A stretch of 26,623 nt of DNA from a virus (lineage: Duplodnaviria > Caudoviricetes). The stretch is taken from the IMG/VR virus record IMGVR_UViG_3300045250_000014, positions 1 through 26,623 of that record. One strand, 5' to 3'. The notes beneath the pieces are model-generated. The model did not search any database, was not told where the DNA came from, and worked only from the letters and a program-made list of their open reading frames with translations. Each line of letters starts with the position of its first letter. Positions within the stretch are counted from its first letter, which is position 1. Of this stretch, positions 16,117-24,973 are shown one piece after another. Both the position numbers and the translations under genes were made by a program.

Positions 16117-16130
16117 CGCTTCACAGATAG

Positions 16131-16334
16131 TTAGTTCTCGACAGCCAGATACAACCCTTCATACCGAACGCCATTGGCAGAGGGCACCCTGGACTTATAC
16201 TTCGCGACGTATACGATGCCGTCGTTTGTGGGGTATCGCTTCTGCTCAAGTTCCCCGTCGTCGCCAAACTTCACCGGCCACTCCTGCCCGGCAAGGGGCC
16301 CGTCTTTCACTTTCACCATCGCGATAGCACTCAT
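16131..16334 (-). CDS. Small hypothetical moron protein, probably leaderless
   Basis: Lower GC; VKDGPLAG motif; TAGGCT -10 at 16347-16342, 7 nt before the ATG. Confidence 0.65.
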   Translation of the reverse strand: MSAIAMVKVKDGPLAGQEWPVKFGDDGELEQKRYPTNDGIVYVAKYKSRVPSANGVRYEGLYLAVEN

Positions 16335-16399
16335 GCGGAATAGCCTACCGACCACTCACGCCCAGGCGGTGTGACCAACCGGCACGCCCAGGAGGCGCA

Positions 16400-16837
16400 A
16401 TGCCACCCACGAAATACTCCGAGGAGGAGAAACAGGCCGCACTCAAGGCCTACGAAGAGCACGGCGGAGCGAAGGCCGCCAAGCAGACCGGGATCCCCGC
16501 ATCGACCATCCGCAAGTGGGCCGGGAAGTCGGGGGTTCAGTCCAACGCCATCGACGTCATGGCCAACGCCAATGAGGCCCGACGCGTCAACCTCGCGAAC
16601 TCGCGTTCCCTCATCGAAACGGACTCCCTGTCCCTCGCCGAGAAACTCCTCGCCGAGATGCACCGACGCATCAACGAACAAGCCGACCTGATCGCCGCCG
16701 ACGACCTCAACCGCATGTTCGGCACCGCCGTCGACAAAGCCATCGCGCTCGCCAAACTGAACGATGACCACGGCGCATCCGCCGCACGATCCATGCTCGA
16801 CCGGATCGCAGAACAGATCGGCGTCCCCAACGAATAG
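16400..16837 (+). CDS. Terminase small subunit
   Basis: N-terminal HTH (AAKQTGIPASTIRKW); directly upstream of the large subunit; AGGAGG RBS. Confidence 0.8.
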   Translation: MPPTKYSEEEKQAALKAYEEHGGAKAAKQTGIPASTIRKWAGKSGVQSNAIDVMANANEARRVNLANSRSLIETDSLSLAEKLLAEMHRRINEQADLIAADDLNRMFGTAVDKAIALAKLNDDHGASAARSMLDRIAEQIGVPNE

Positions 16838-16848
16838 AGGAGGTGGCC

Positions 16849-18120
16849 GTGACCGCTCTCGCTGACGCCGTCACAGCCGTCTCCCCAAAGCAGCTCGACT
16901 TCCTCCGCAACTCCACCGCCCGCGTCAACATGACAGACGGCGCGATCCGTTCCGGCAAGACCGTCATCACGCTCACCCGCTGGCTGTTCTACGTCGCACG
17001 CGCACCCAGGGGCGGCGAACTCGTCATGATCGGCCGCACCCGCGACAGCGTGTGGCGCAACTGCATCAACCCCCTGCAGAACCCCGACCTATTCGGAGAC
17101 CTCGCAGAGCAGATCATCGGCAACCATGGCGCACCCACCGTCACCATCCTCGGCCGCCGCGTCCACATCCTTGGCGCCAGTGACGCCAAAGCGGAGAAGG
17201 TCATCCGAGGCATGACCGTCGCCGGCGCCTTCGTCGACGAGGTCACCGTCATCCCAGAAGAGTTCTTCACGCAGCTCCTGGGCCGCATGTCCGTTGCCGG
17301 CGCGAAACTCTTCGGATCCACCAACCCTGATAGTCCAGCCCACTGGCTCAAGGCGAAGTTCCTCGACCGCCTCGACGACCTGTCCGACTGGCGACACTGG
17401 CACTTCACCATCGACGACAACCCATCCCTCACCGAAGCGTACAAGAACTCCATCAAGACCGAGTTCACCGGCATGTGGTTCCGCCGCTTCATCCAGGGCG
17501 AATGGGTGGCCGCCGAGGGCGCCATCTACCCCATGTGGGATCCAGAACGGCACGTGATCAACCCGGACGAACTGCCACCCATGCAAGACGTCCTCGCAGT
17601 CGGACTGGACTACGGAACCCAGAACGCCACCGCCGCACTCCTACTCGGCCTCGGCGTCGACGGGATCCTCTACTTCCTCGACGAGTGGGTGTACTCCGGC
17701 AGGGACACGCACCGGCCACTCACTGACTCAAGCCTCGCCGACCACCTCGAAGCGTGGATGGACGCCTGCCGGCAGGAATGGCAGCGGCCCCGGCTGATCC
17801 TCGTGGACCCGTCCGCAGCATCGTTCCGCACCGAACTGCAAGCGCGGGGAGTGCCGACCACTGCCGCTGACAACGACGTCCTATACGGCCTGCGGACCAT
17901 GGCGTCGCTACTCGGCCAAGGCGTCCTCAAAATCTCATCCAAGTGCAAGGGCCTGATCAACGAGATCCCCGGCTACTGCTGGGACGACAAGGCAGCAGAG
18001 AAGGGCGAGGACAAGCCCGTGAAAGTCGCCGACCACTCGTGCGACGCGGCCAGGTATTGCCTGGTCACCACTGAAACCTACTGGTCTACCCGCGTGAGGA
18101 GGAACCGTGCCGCTGCCTGA
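16849..18120 (+). CDS. Terminase large subunit (PBSX/SPP1-like)
   Basis: GAIRSGKT Walker A, AFVDE Walker B, STNP, DYG, DPSA, DHSCDA.RY; start 16849 or 16843. Confidence 0.95.
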   Translation: MTALADAVTAVSPKQLDFLRNSTARVNMTDGAIRSGKTVITLTRWLFYVARAPRGGELVMIGRTRDSVWRNCINPLQNPDLFGDLAEQIIGNHGAPTVTILGRRVHILGASDAKAEKVIRGMTVAGAFVDEVTVIPEEFFTQLLGRMSVAGAKLFGSTNPDSPAHWLKAKFLDRLDDLSDWRHWHFTIDDNPSLTEAYKNSIKTEFTGMWFRRFIQGEWVAAEGAIYPMWDPERHVINPDELPPMQDVLAVGLDYGTQNATAALLLGLGVDGILYFLDEWVYSGRDTHRPLTDSSLADHLEAWMDACRQEWQRPRLILVDPSAASFRTELQARGVPTTAADNDVLYGLRTMASLLGQGVLKISSKCKGLINEIPGYCWDDKAAEKGEDKPVKVADHSCDAARYCLVTTETYWSTRVRRNRAAA

Positions 18121-19624
18121 AACCTCCATCGTGTGGCCCCCAGAGCGCTTCTCCGACCTGTACTCGGCGGTCCGCGTAAATGACGCCTGGTACGCCGGGA
18201 ACGTCGACGTCCTGGCCGAGGAATACCGGAACCAGTCCCGTGTGATCAACCGACCGTCGCAGATGGCGGGTGGCCTGCAGGGTATGGCTGCCCGCTTCTT
18301 CTGGGGGAAGCCGACACCGCAGGGTGAGCACCGCACACGGTTGCACGTGCCGGTCGCATCCGACCTCGCCACCACCAGCGCGGACCTTCTCTTCTCGGAG
18401 GCGCCCCGGATCCTCTTCCCGGACGGTGTACCGCAGGTGGTGAAGGACCGGGCCGATCAGATCGTGAACACGCCGTCCATGCACTCCACGTTCTTGGAGG
18501 CCGCCGAGGTGGCCGCCGCACTGACCGGAGTGTTCCTGCGTGCCGTGTGGGATGCAGAGTTCGAAGACCACGTCATGGTCGACGTGGTGCACCCGGACAA
18601 GGCCGTCCCCGAGTGGCGGTGGGGCCGCCTCGCAGCGGTCACATTCTGGACAGTCCTGGACGACGCTGGGAAGCACACGATCCGGCACCTGGAACGCCAC
18701 GAACCCGGGCGGATCCTCCACGGCCTGTACGTGGGTGAGACCGGCCAGTTGGGCCGCCAAGTCCCCTTGGACGAGAACCCGGCTACCGAATACCTGGCCG
18801 ACATGGTCGACGCAGAAGGCGGCATCGACACGGGTGTGGACACACTCACTGCCGCGTACATCCCGAACATCAAACCGTCCCGCCGCTGGCGAACCACACC
18901 CGACCTGGCACCCTACGGCAGGTCCGACTTTGAGGGCATCGAACCACTCTTCGACTCCTTCGACGAGGTCTACTCCTCCTGGATGCGCGACATCAAGCTC
19001 GCGAAGGCCCGCCTGATCATCCCCGAAGGCATGACCGAATCCCGCGGACGCGGTCGCGGCGTCGAGTTCGACGATGACCGGGAGATCTTCACCGAGGCCC
19101 CCATGGGCGGGAAGATGGCCGATGCCGGGATCCTCCCCCAGCAATTCCAGATCCGTGTGGAGGAGCACAAGGCCACAGCCATGGAGATTCTCCGGGCGAT
19201 CCTCCGTGCCGCCGGATACTCGCCCAGCACGTTCGGAGACGACCCCATGGCCGTGTCCACGACAGCGACCGAGGTGAAGGCCCGAGAGCGCATGTCGGAG
19301 CGCACAAGGGACAAGAAGTCCCGGTATTGGGCTGCAGCGCTGGCACCGTTCATCCGGACACTGATCAACGTGGACGCCGTCGTGTTTGGCGGCCAGCAGG
19401 TCGACGATCTGCCGGAGATCAAGTTCCAGGAGACCACACAGAAGGACCCCCTAGACCTGGCTCAGACCGCGAACCAGCTCCGGTCAGCCATGGCCGCGTC
19501 CACGGAGACCCTGGTGCGGATGCAGCATCCGAACTGGGACCGCGACACCGTGAACGAGGAAGTTGAACGCATCCATGCGGAGAACGGCACCATCACGGAC
19601 CCGCTCACGTTCGACCGCTCATAG
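18107..19624 (+). CDS. Portal protein (SPP1/A118 type)
   Basis: 505 aa after terminase; YIPN, YGRSD, TATEV motifs. Confidence 0.92.
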   Translation: MPLPETSIVWPPERFSDLYSAVRVNDAWYAGNVDVLAEEYRNQSRVINRPSQMAGGLQGMAARFFWGKPTPQGEHRTRLHVPVASDLATTSADLLFSEAPRILFPDGVPQVVKDRADQIVNTPSMHSTFLEAAEVAAALTGVFLRAVWDAEFEDHVMVDVVHPDKAVPEWRWGRLAAVTFWTVLDDAGKHTIRHLERHEPGRILHGLYVGETGQLGRQVPLDENPATEYLADMVDAEGGIDTGVDTLTAAYIPNIKPSRRWRTTPDLAPYGRSDFEGIEPLFDSFDEVYSSWMRDIKLAKARLIIPEGMTESRGRGRGVEFDDDREIFTEAPMGGKMADAGILPQQFQIRVEEHKATAMEILRAILRAAGYSPSTFGDDPMAVSTTATEVKARERMSERTRDKKSRYWAAALAPFIRTLINVDAVVFGGQQVDDLPEIKFQETTQKDPLDLAQTANQLRSAMAASTETLVRMQHPNWDRDTVNEEVERIHAENGTITDPLTFDRS

Positions 19625-19643
19625 CTGAGGTGGTGGTGCCCGC

Positions 19644-20759
19644 ATGAAGTGGACGCCACCACCAGACACGCCCATCGAGGACGTGGTCACGTCCATCATC
19701 GGTGAGATTGTCGCCGCGTACGTGCTCGCCGAGGAGGACATCCTCAAAGCGTTCGCTGCCGAGGTGAAGGCCGGTCTCATGCCGGACGAGCTCACGCCGC
19801 GTGAACTGGTCCGTCTGAGACGGCATGTGCAGGGCGTAGCCGACCGGCTGGCGACTGCGACCCCGGACATGATCGACACGCTGGTGGCTGTGGCGTCCAA
19901 GCGTGGCATGGGCGCAGCGCTCACCCAGCTGTCGGCGCTGCCTGGCCTGCCTGGCCCGTTCCGGCGTGTGGGTGACGCGCAGGCGGTCATGGATGTGATC
20001 GGCGACCTGACGTCGGCGTTCGAGGACGTCAGGTCGCGGATCCTGCGGTTCCCCGACGACGTGTACCGGAAGGCAATCGCCGACACCACAGCCCGGAACC
20101 TGCTGGTCTCGACCGGGCAGCGGCCAGCGCAAGCGAGCGCGTGGCGTGACCTGATCGGGCAGGGCGTCACCGGGTTCGTGGACAAGGCTGGCCGTCGCTG
20201 GAACCTCGCCTCCTACGTGGAGATGGCCAGCAGGACCGCGACGATTCGGGCATACCGGGCGCAGAACGAGCACACCATGCACGCCAACGGGATCTTCCTG
20301 GTGAAGATCGTCGGCGGCAACGACATGTGCTCCAAGTGCGGTGCCTGGGTCAACAAAACCCTCTCACTGGATGGGACGCCGGCGGGTGACTACCCGATGC
20401 TGTCCGCCGTCGATGACCGCATGGTCACCGTGCACGTCGCCGGGACCATCGACCAGGCCCGTGAGGCTGGCTGGTCTCACCCGAACTGTAGGTGCACCAC
20501 AGCCTGTGTCCTCCCCGGCGTGGACCCCGTCGTCAAGACCTCCACCTACTCACCGGAGAAGGATCAGGAGCGCGACCGGCTCCGAGCCCTCGAACGCAAG
20601 GTTCGCAAGCTCAAGCGTGAGGACCTCCTCGATACCGACCCAACTGTCAAGGCGCGCATCCGTGACACACAAGAGCAGATCCGTGAGCACGTCGAAGCGA
20701 CCGGCCTGAAACGCCAGCGCCGCCGCGAACAACTCAACCTCGGCCACCAACGCCGCTAG
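19644..20759 (+). CDS. Minor capsid / head morphogenesis protein
   Basis: FVDKAGRRWNLASYVEMA, HPNCRC, RALERKVR. Confidence 0.88.
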   Translation: MKWTPPPDTPIEDVVTSIIGEIVAAYVLAEEDILKAFAAEVKAGLMPDELTPRELVRLRRHVQGVADRLATATPDMIDTLVAVASKRGMGAALTQLSALPGLPGPFRRVGDAQAVMDVIGDLTSAFEDVRSRILRFPDDVYRKAIADTTARNLLVSTGQRPAQASAWRDLIGQGVTGFVDKAGRRWNLASYVEMASRTATIRAYRAQNEHTMHANGIFLVKIVGGNDMCSKCGAWVNKTLSLDGTPAGDYPMLSAVDDRMVTVHVAGTIDQAREAGWSHPNCRCTTACVLPGVDPVVKTSTYSPEKDQERDRLRALERKVRKLKREDLLDTDPTVKARIRDTQEQIREHVEATGLKRQRRREQLNLGHQRR

Positions 20760-20789
20760 ACGCGGCCCAACCCAGGAGGTAAACCCACC

Positions 20790-21440
20790 ATGGCTGACAC
20801 CAACCCCACCCCCGCTGACGGCGCATCCAACGACGGCGCCGCACAGCCCCAGACCCCGGAGGCCGGGCAGACGCAGACCACGCCCCCGACCCCCGACCCC
20901 GCACCCGCCGCGCAGAAGGTCGAAGACCTGCCCGACTGGGCGCAAACCCTCGTGCGCGACCTCCGCGCCGAGAACGCCTCAGCACGCACCAACGCCAAGC
21001 AGACGGCAGCGCAGGAAGCCACCGACTCCGTCACCGAGAAGATCGGCAAGGCACTCGGCCTCATCAAGGACGACGACGCCGACGCACCGTCCGTGGAAGA
21101 CCTCACCAAACAGGTCTCCGCAGCGCAGGCCGCCTCCCGGCAGGCCGCCATCGAACTCGCCGTGTACCGCGCAGCATCCCAGCACGACGGAGACCCCGCC
21201 GCGCTCCTCGACTCCCGGACCTTCCTGGCGAAGGTCACGGACCTCGACCCCACCTCTGAGGACTTCGCCACCAAGATCGGCGACGCCATCAAGGAACAGG
21301 TCGACACCAACCCCAAGCTCAAGGCGAGCGGCCCGGCGCCCTCCCGCAGTGGTGGGGAGATGGGCGGCAAACAAGAACAGCAGGCGGGCCAGTCCCCCAC
21401 TGAACTTGCCGCGCTCATCCGCAAGAACCGCATCTACTGA
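20790..21440 (+). CDS. Capsid scaffolding protein
   Basis: Low-complexity N-terminus, LPDWAQ..VRDLRAENASAR, LLDSRTF; upstream of the capsid gene. Confidence 0.85.
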   Translation: MADTNPTPADGASNDGAAQPQTPEAGQTQTTPPTPDPAPAAQKVEDLPDWAQTLVRDLRAENASARTNAKQTAAQEATDSVTEKIGKALGLIKDDDADAPSVEDLTKQVSAAQAASRQAAIELAVYRAASQHDGDPAALLDSRTFLAKVTDLDPTSEDFATKIGDAIKEQVDTNPKLKASGPAPSRSGGEMGGKQEQQAGQSPTELAALIRKNRIY

Positions 21441-21454
21441 CAAGGAGGGCCATC

Positions 21455-22420
21455 ATGGCTCATCAGTTCCTCAAGCCCGAGGTCATCGGCAATGCCGCCC
21501 TCGGACTCGTCAAGGAGGACACCATCCTCCCCAACCTGGTCTACCGCGACGCGGAGACCAACTATCAGGGCAACGTCGGCCCCCGCGGCGACAAGGTCCT
21601 CATCCCCATCCGTGGCGCCCTCGGCGACGCCCGAGAGCTCGCCTGGCGTGACGCGACCCGCAAGATCGTCACCGACGAGATCAAGGACGCCACCGCTGAG
21701 ATCAAGCTCGACACCTACCTGTACAAGGCTGTCGGGCTGCTCCGTGAAGAGCAGACCCTCGACATCGCCGACTACGGTGCACAGGTCCTCACCCCCATGA
21801 CCAACTCCGTCGCCTACGGGGCAGAGAAGCGCATCGCAGCCGCCATCGAGGGCGCCCCCTACACGGAGACCATCACTCTGGCCGACGCAGAGCGTGGCAC
21901 CTACAACGCCCTCGTGGACGCACGGAAGTTCCTCCGCAAGCACGGTGTCCCCCGCGACGGCCTGGTCGCCATCGCAGGCACCGAGGCCATCGCCCGCGCC
22001 CTCAAGGATCCCACGCTGATCGACGCGAACCGCTCCGGCGACTCGAACACCCTGCGTGAGGCCGAGATCGGACGTATCGCCGGGTTCAGCCTGTACGAGT
22101 CCGACGTCATCGACGACGACTCGATCTACCTGTTCCACCCGACCGCATTCCCGACCGTGTTCCGCGCACCGGCCCCGGCCCGCTCGGTCCCGTTCTCCGC
22201 GTCCGTGTCCGGTGGCGGCATCGCCATGTCGTACTGGGAGTCCCTGAACTCCGACAACGACTCTGACCGCGCCTTCCTTGGCACGTTCTTCGGCGTGAAC
22301 ACCTACTCGGACCCGGTCGACGCAACCGACCCGGGTGGGACCAAGGAGTTCGTGCGTGCCATCCGCATCGCAGGTCCGAACGCCGGCACCCCCGGTGAGG
22401 GCGACGAGTCGGGAAAATAA
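21455..22420 (+). CDS. Major capsid protein
   Basis: GDKVLIP, VPRDG, LREAEIGRIAGF; position and size. Confidence 0.9.
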   Translation: MAHQFLKPEVIGNAALGLVKEDTILPNLVYRDAETNYQGNVGPRGDKVLIPIRGALGDARELAWRDATRKIVTDEIKDATAEIKLDTYLYKAVGLLREEQTLDIADYGAQVLTPMTNSVAYGAEKRIAAAIEGAPYTETITLADAERGTYNALVDARKFLRKHGVPRDGLVAIAGTEAIARALKDPTLIDANRSGDSNTLREAEIGRIAGFSLYESDVIDDDSIYLFHPTAFPTVFRAPAPARSVPFSASVSGGGIAMSYWESLNSDNDSDRAFLGTFFGVNTYSDPVDATDPGGTKEFVRAIRIAGPNAGTPGEGDESGK

Positions 22421-22460
22421 CGGCCCGCGTCAAGGCCACGATCTGACCTTGGCGCGGCTG
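22411..22460 (+). promoter_or_regulatory. Putative -1 frameshift cassette of the capsid gene
   Basis: In-frame G GGA AAA directly before TAA; hairpin 22421-22460; -1 frame reads ITARVKATI*. Confidence 0.7.
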
Positions 22461-22482
22461 ATCCCGCAGAAGGGAGGCCCGC

Positions 22483-22857
22483 ATGCTGACCTACGCTGAA
22501 CCGTCCGACCTCCCCGAGGATCTGCAGACAGTGAGTGGCGTGGACGCCCTGCTGGCGTCGGCGTCACTCATCGTGGACATGCTGGTCCGTGGGGCACGGT
22601 ACGACACGGACGCTGATGGCCGGCCGACCGACGAACACCTAGCCCAGGTGTTCCGGGACGCCACGGTCGCGCAAGTGGTCTGGGCGGACGAGACCGGTGG
22701 TGGCGCCACGAGTGCCGCCCCGTCCTCGCTCGGCTCCCTGCACTTCGATGCGACCGTGAGTGCGGATGGTGACCCGGTGCCACCTGGTGTGGGACCGGAC
22801 GCCTACCGGCTCCTGCGTATCGAGGGTCTGGTCACCTCCCGTGTGAGCGTGCCCTGA
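22483..22857 (+). CDS. Head-tail adaptor
   Basis: YA...LL..AS..VD...YDTD.DG.P...AT.AQV pattern; follows the capsid gene. Confidence 0.75.
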   Translation: MLTYAEPSDLPEDLQTVSGVDALLASASLIVDMLVRGARYDTDADGRPTDEHLAQVFRDATVAQVVWADETGGGATSAAPSSLGSLHFDATVSADGDPVPPGVGPDAYRLLRIEGLVTSRVSVP

Positions 22858-23183
22858 TGCCGCCCCGCATCCCCGCCCGCCTCCTCCCCCACACGGTCCT
22901 CGTGAAGCCCTTCCTCGGTGCTGGGCCTTACGGGGACCGGTGGGGTGAGCAGGTGGAAGTGAAGCGCTCCCTGGTGGAGGACAAGGTACAGGTGGTTCGG
23001 GACGCCGACGCCCGCGAGGTGACCTCGTCGGCGACCGTGTACCTAGAACCCCGCACCCTGCCCGCCGGATCCCTGGTGACCGTATGGGCTGGCACCCAGT
23101 GGGAGATCGAACGGAAGGCCCTGGCGGTCTCCCATTTCGACCACCCCGGCGGCCTGTCCCACATGGTCGTGTACCTCGAGTAG
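22857..23183 (+). CDS. Head-tail stopper
   Basis: LLPHTV...G.GPYG...VRD...EV.S; gene order. Confidence 0.75.
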   Translation: MPPRIPARLLPHTVLVKPFLGAGPYGDRWGEQVEVKRSLVEDKVQVVRDADAREVTSSATVYLEPRTLPAGSLVTVWAGTQWEIERKALAVSHFDHPGGLSHMVVYLE

Positions 23184-23192
23184 GAGGCGACC

Positions 23193-23531
23193 ATGGCACT
23201 GAACTGGTACGGGCCGAAGGTCACGCAGGCCGTGACCGGCGCCGCCATCCAAGGACTCAACCAGGCCGCCGAATACGTCCGATCCCAGACCGTCCCCCTC
23301 ACCCCGCTACGTGACGGGGACCTCCGGAACTCGTTGCACGTCTCCGAAGCCACCACGGGCGACCCGGTCGCCGCCGTGTTCACGAACCTCCCCTACGCCG
23401 TCCGGCAACACGAGGAACTCAACTACCGGCACCGCGACGGCCAAGCGAAATACCTCGAGGTCGCAGCCAACCAGTCCAGGGAGCAGGTCTCCCGGATCGT
23501 CACCACCGCAGTGAGGAGGGCCACCCAGTGA
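23193..23531 (+). CDS. Neck protein (HK97 gp10-like)
   Basis: P..DGDLRNS, PYAVRQHE, GQAKYLE. Confidence 0.8.
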   Translation: MALNWYGPKVTQAVTGAAIQGLNQAAEYVRSQTVPLTPLRDGDLRNSLHVSEATTGDPVAAVFTNLPYAVRQHEELNYRHRDGQAKYLEVAANQSREQVSRIVTTAVRRATQ

Positions 23532-23986
23532 CCACAGTGAATATGGACGTCACCGACTCCCTCACCCTCGACCTCGCCGCCGGGTTCATCGACCTCATGG
23601 TCAACGAAGCCCACGTCGGCACCTGGAAAGAGGACGGGTACAAGAACGGTGACCTCGGCATCGTGATCGGCGCCATGCCACAAGCACCCGCCGACCTCAT
23701 CGCCATCACCCCCTACGTCGCGCAAGTCGACGTGGAACCAGGTGTGGACGTGCGTGCCTTCCAGGTCCGCATCCGGTCCGGGTCACGCGACCCGAGACCC
23801 TGCATCCAAGCCGTGGACAGGCTCCACGACACCCTCAACGGACTCGGCCCGGTCACCCTCGGTGGCCACTCCGTGCCCCTCATCTGGCGAAACAGTCTCG
23901 CCGACCTCGGTCTCGACACCTCCGACCGGTACGAGATCACCGACAACTACTACCTCTACGTAGACAAGGAGCCACACCATGGCTGA
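23528..23986 (+). CDS. Tail terminator
   Basis: MP.AP...IAITPY, QVRIR, LGLD...RYE.TDNY; precedes the tail tube gene. Confidence 0.75.
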   Translation: MTTVNMDVTDSLTLDLAAGFIDLMVNEAHVGTWKEDGYKNGDLGIVIGAMPQAPADLIAITPYVAQVDVEPGVDVRAFQVRIRSGSRDPRPCIQAVDRLHDTLNGLGPVTLGGHSVPLIWRNSLADLGLDTSDRYEITDNYYLYVDKEPHHG

Positions 23987-24491
23987 CAACACCACCGCCC
24001 TCGCGTCCAAGCTCGCCCGACGCTACGCCGTCGAGGTGAAGCCCACCGGATCCGACGACACCGCATGGGTCCGCGTCAAGGGCATCAACTCCCTCACCCC
24101 CGGCCTCGACCAGAACTTCGAGGACTCCACCGACTTCGACAACGACGGCTGGACTTCCTCCGAGAAGACCTCCCAGGGCTGGAACCTCGCCCTCGGCCTC
24201 ATCGAGAAGGTCGGCCAGGCGGACAAGAAGCAGGACCCCGGCCAGCTGATCCTCGAGAACACCCAGGACAAGTTCGGCGGCGAAGGCTTCGTGGACGTCC
24301 GCTGGGGCGAGCGTGACGGCGAGATCGCCTACACCGGCAACGCTGCAGTGCAGTGGGAGCCGCAGGGTGGCGGCGTCACCGACCTGTCCTCCGTGAACGT
24401 GACCCTCACCGGAAACGGGGCCCGCAAGAAGCTGACCCCGAACCCGTTCAACACGGGCGACTCCGGCCAGGGCGCCAACCCGGGGGAATGA
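23979..24491 (+). CDS. Major tail (tube) protein
   Basis: LARR..VEV, DFDNDGW, DPGQ, VTLTGNG. Confidence 0.88.
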   Translation: MADNTTALASKLARRYAVEVKPTGSDDTAWVRVKGINSLTPGLDQNFEDSTDFDNDGWTSSEKTSQGWNLALGLIEKVGQADKKQDPGQLILENTQDKFGGEGFVDVRWGERDGEIAYTGNAAVQWEPQGGGVTDLSSVNVTLTGNGARKKLTPNPFNTGDSGQGANPGE

Positions 24492-24535
24492 CAGCCCGCG
24501 TCTCCGCCACCGTCTAAGTGGCGGGGACGCGGCTG
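24482..24535 (+). promoter_or_regulatory. Putative -1 frameshift cassette of the tail tube gene
   Basis: In-frame G GGG GAA directly before TGA; 18-bp hairpin 24492-24535; -1 frame reads MTARVSATV*. Confidence 0.65.
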
Positions 24536-24571
24536 CCCCGCTCCCGCAAGTACTGAAGGAAGGAAGCCACT

Positions 24572-24880
24572 ATGGCTGACTGGACTACCCCGCTCCCTGC
24601 GGACGCCAAGGTTGGCGACGACGGGCACCCTGACCTGCACAACCAGATCAAGGCGAACGTCGTCGAGATCCGCAACCTGGTGGACTCCGGCGCACTCAAC
24701 GGCAAGGACGGTGCTGCTGGCGCCAAGGGTGCCACCGGGGCCGCTGGCGCGAAGGGCGACAAGGGCGACAAGGGCGACACCGGGGCGACCGGAGCGAAGG
24801 GTGCGGACGGCAAGGATCTGTCCGCCGAACTCGCCGCGCTGACCGCCCGCGTCGCAGCACTCGAAACCCCAGCAGGCTGA
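24572..24880 (+). CDS. Small collagen-like (13 Gly-X-Y) virion protein
   Basis: GDDGHPDLHNQI head, GKD...GKD triplets, LAALTARVAALE coiled coil. Confidence 0.8.
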   Translation: MADWTTPLPADAKVGDDGHPDLHNQIKANVVEIRNLVDSGALNGKDGAAGAKGATGAAGAKGDKGDKGDTGATGAKGADGKDLSAELAALTARVAALETPAG

Positions 24881-24973
24881 GCCTGCCCAACTGACCGGTC
24901 CCCGGACGTCACGCCCTGGTGGGTGCGCGGCGCCCGGGGACCACCCCAACCCACCACCAAAGGAGACACCACC

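Noticed and set aside
18086-19168. 360-aa minus-strand ORF
   Set aside because: Shadow of the portal gene, no recognisable motif
24752-24779. AAGGGCGAC tandem repeat
   Set aside because: Explained by Gly-Asp-Lys collagen codons
24488-24880. Frameshift fusion of tail tube to the collagen-like ORF
   Set aside because: Same -1 frame, but TAA at 24515 and a later TGA intervene, and the ORF has its own RBS
24897-24942. GC-rich hairpin before the chaperone gene as another frameshift cassette
   Set aside because: No slippery heptamer at the upstream stop and no tag-like peptide; probably an ordinary stability or attenuation hairpin
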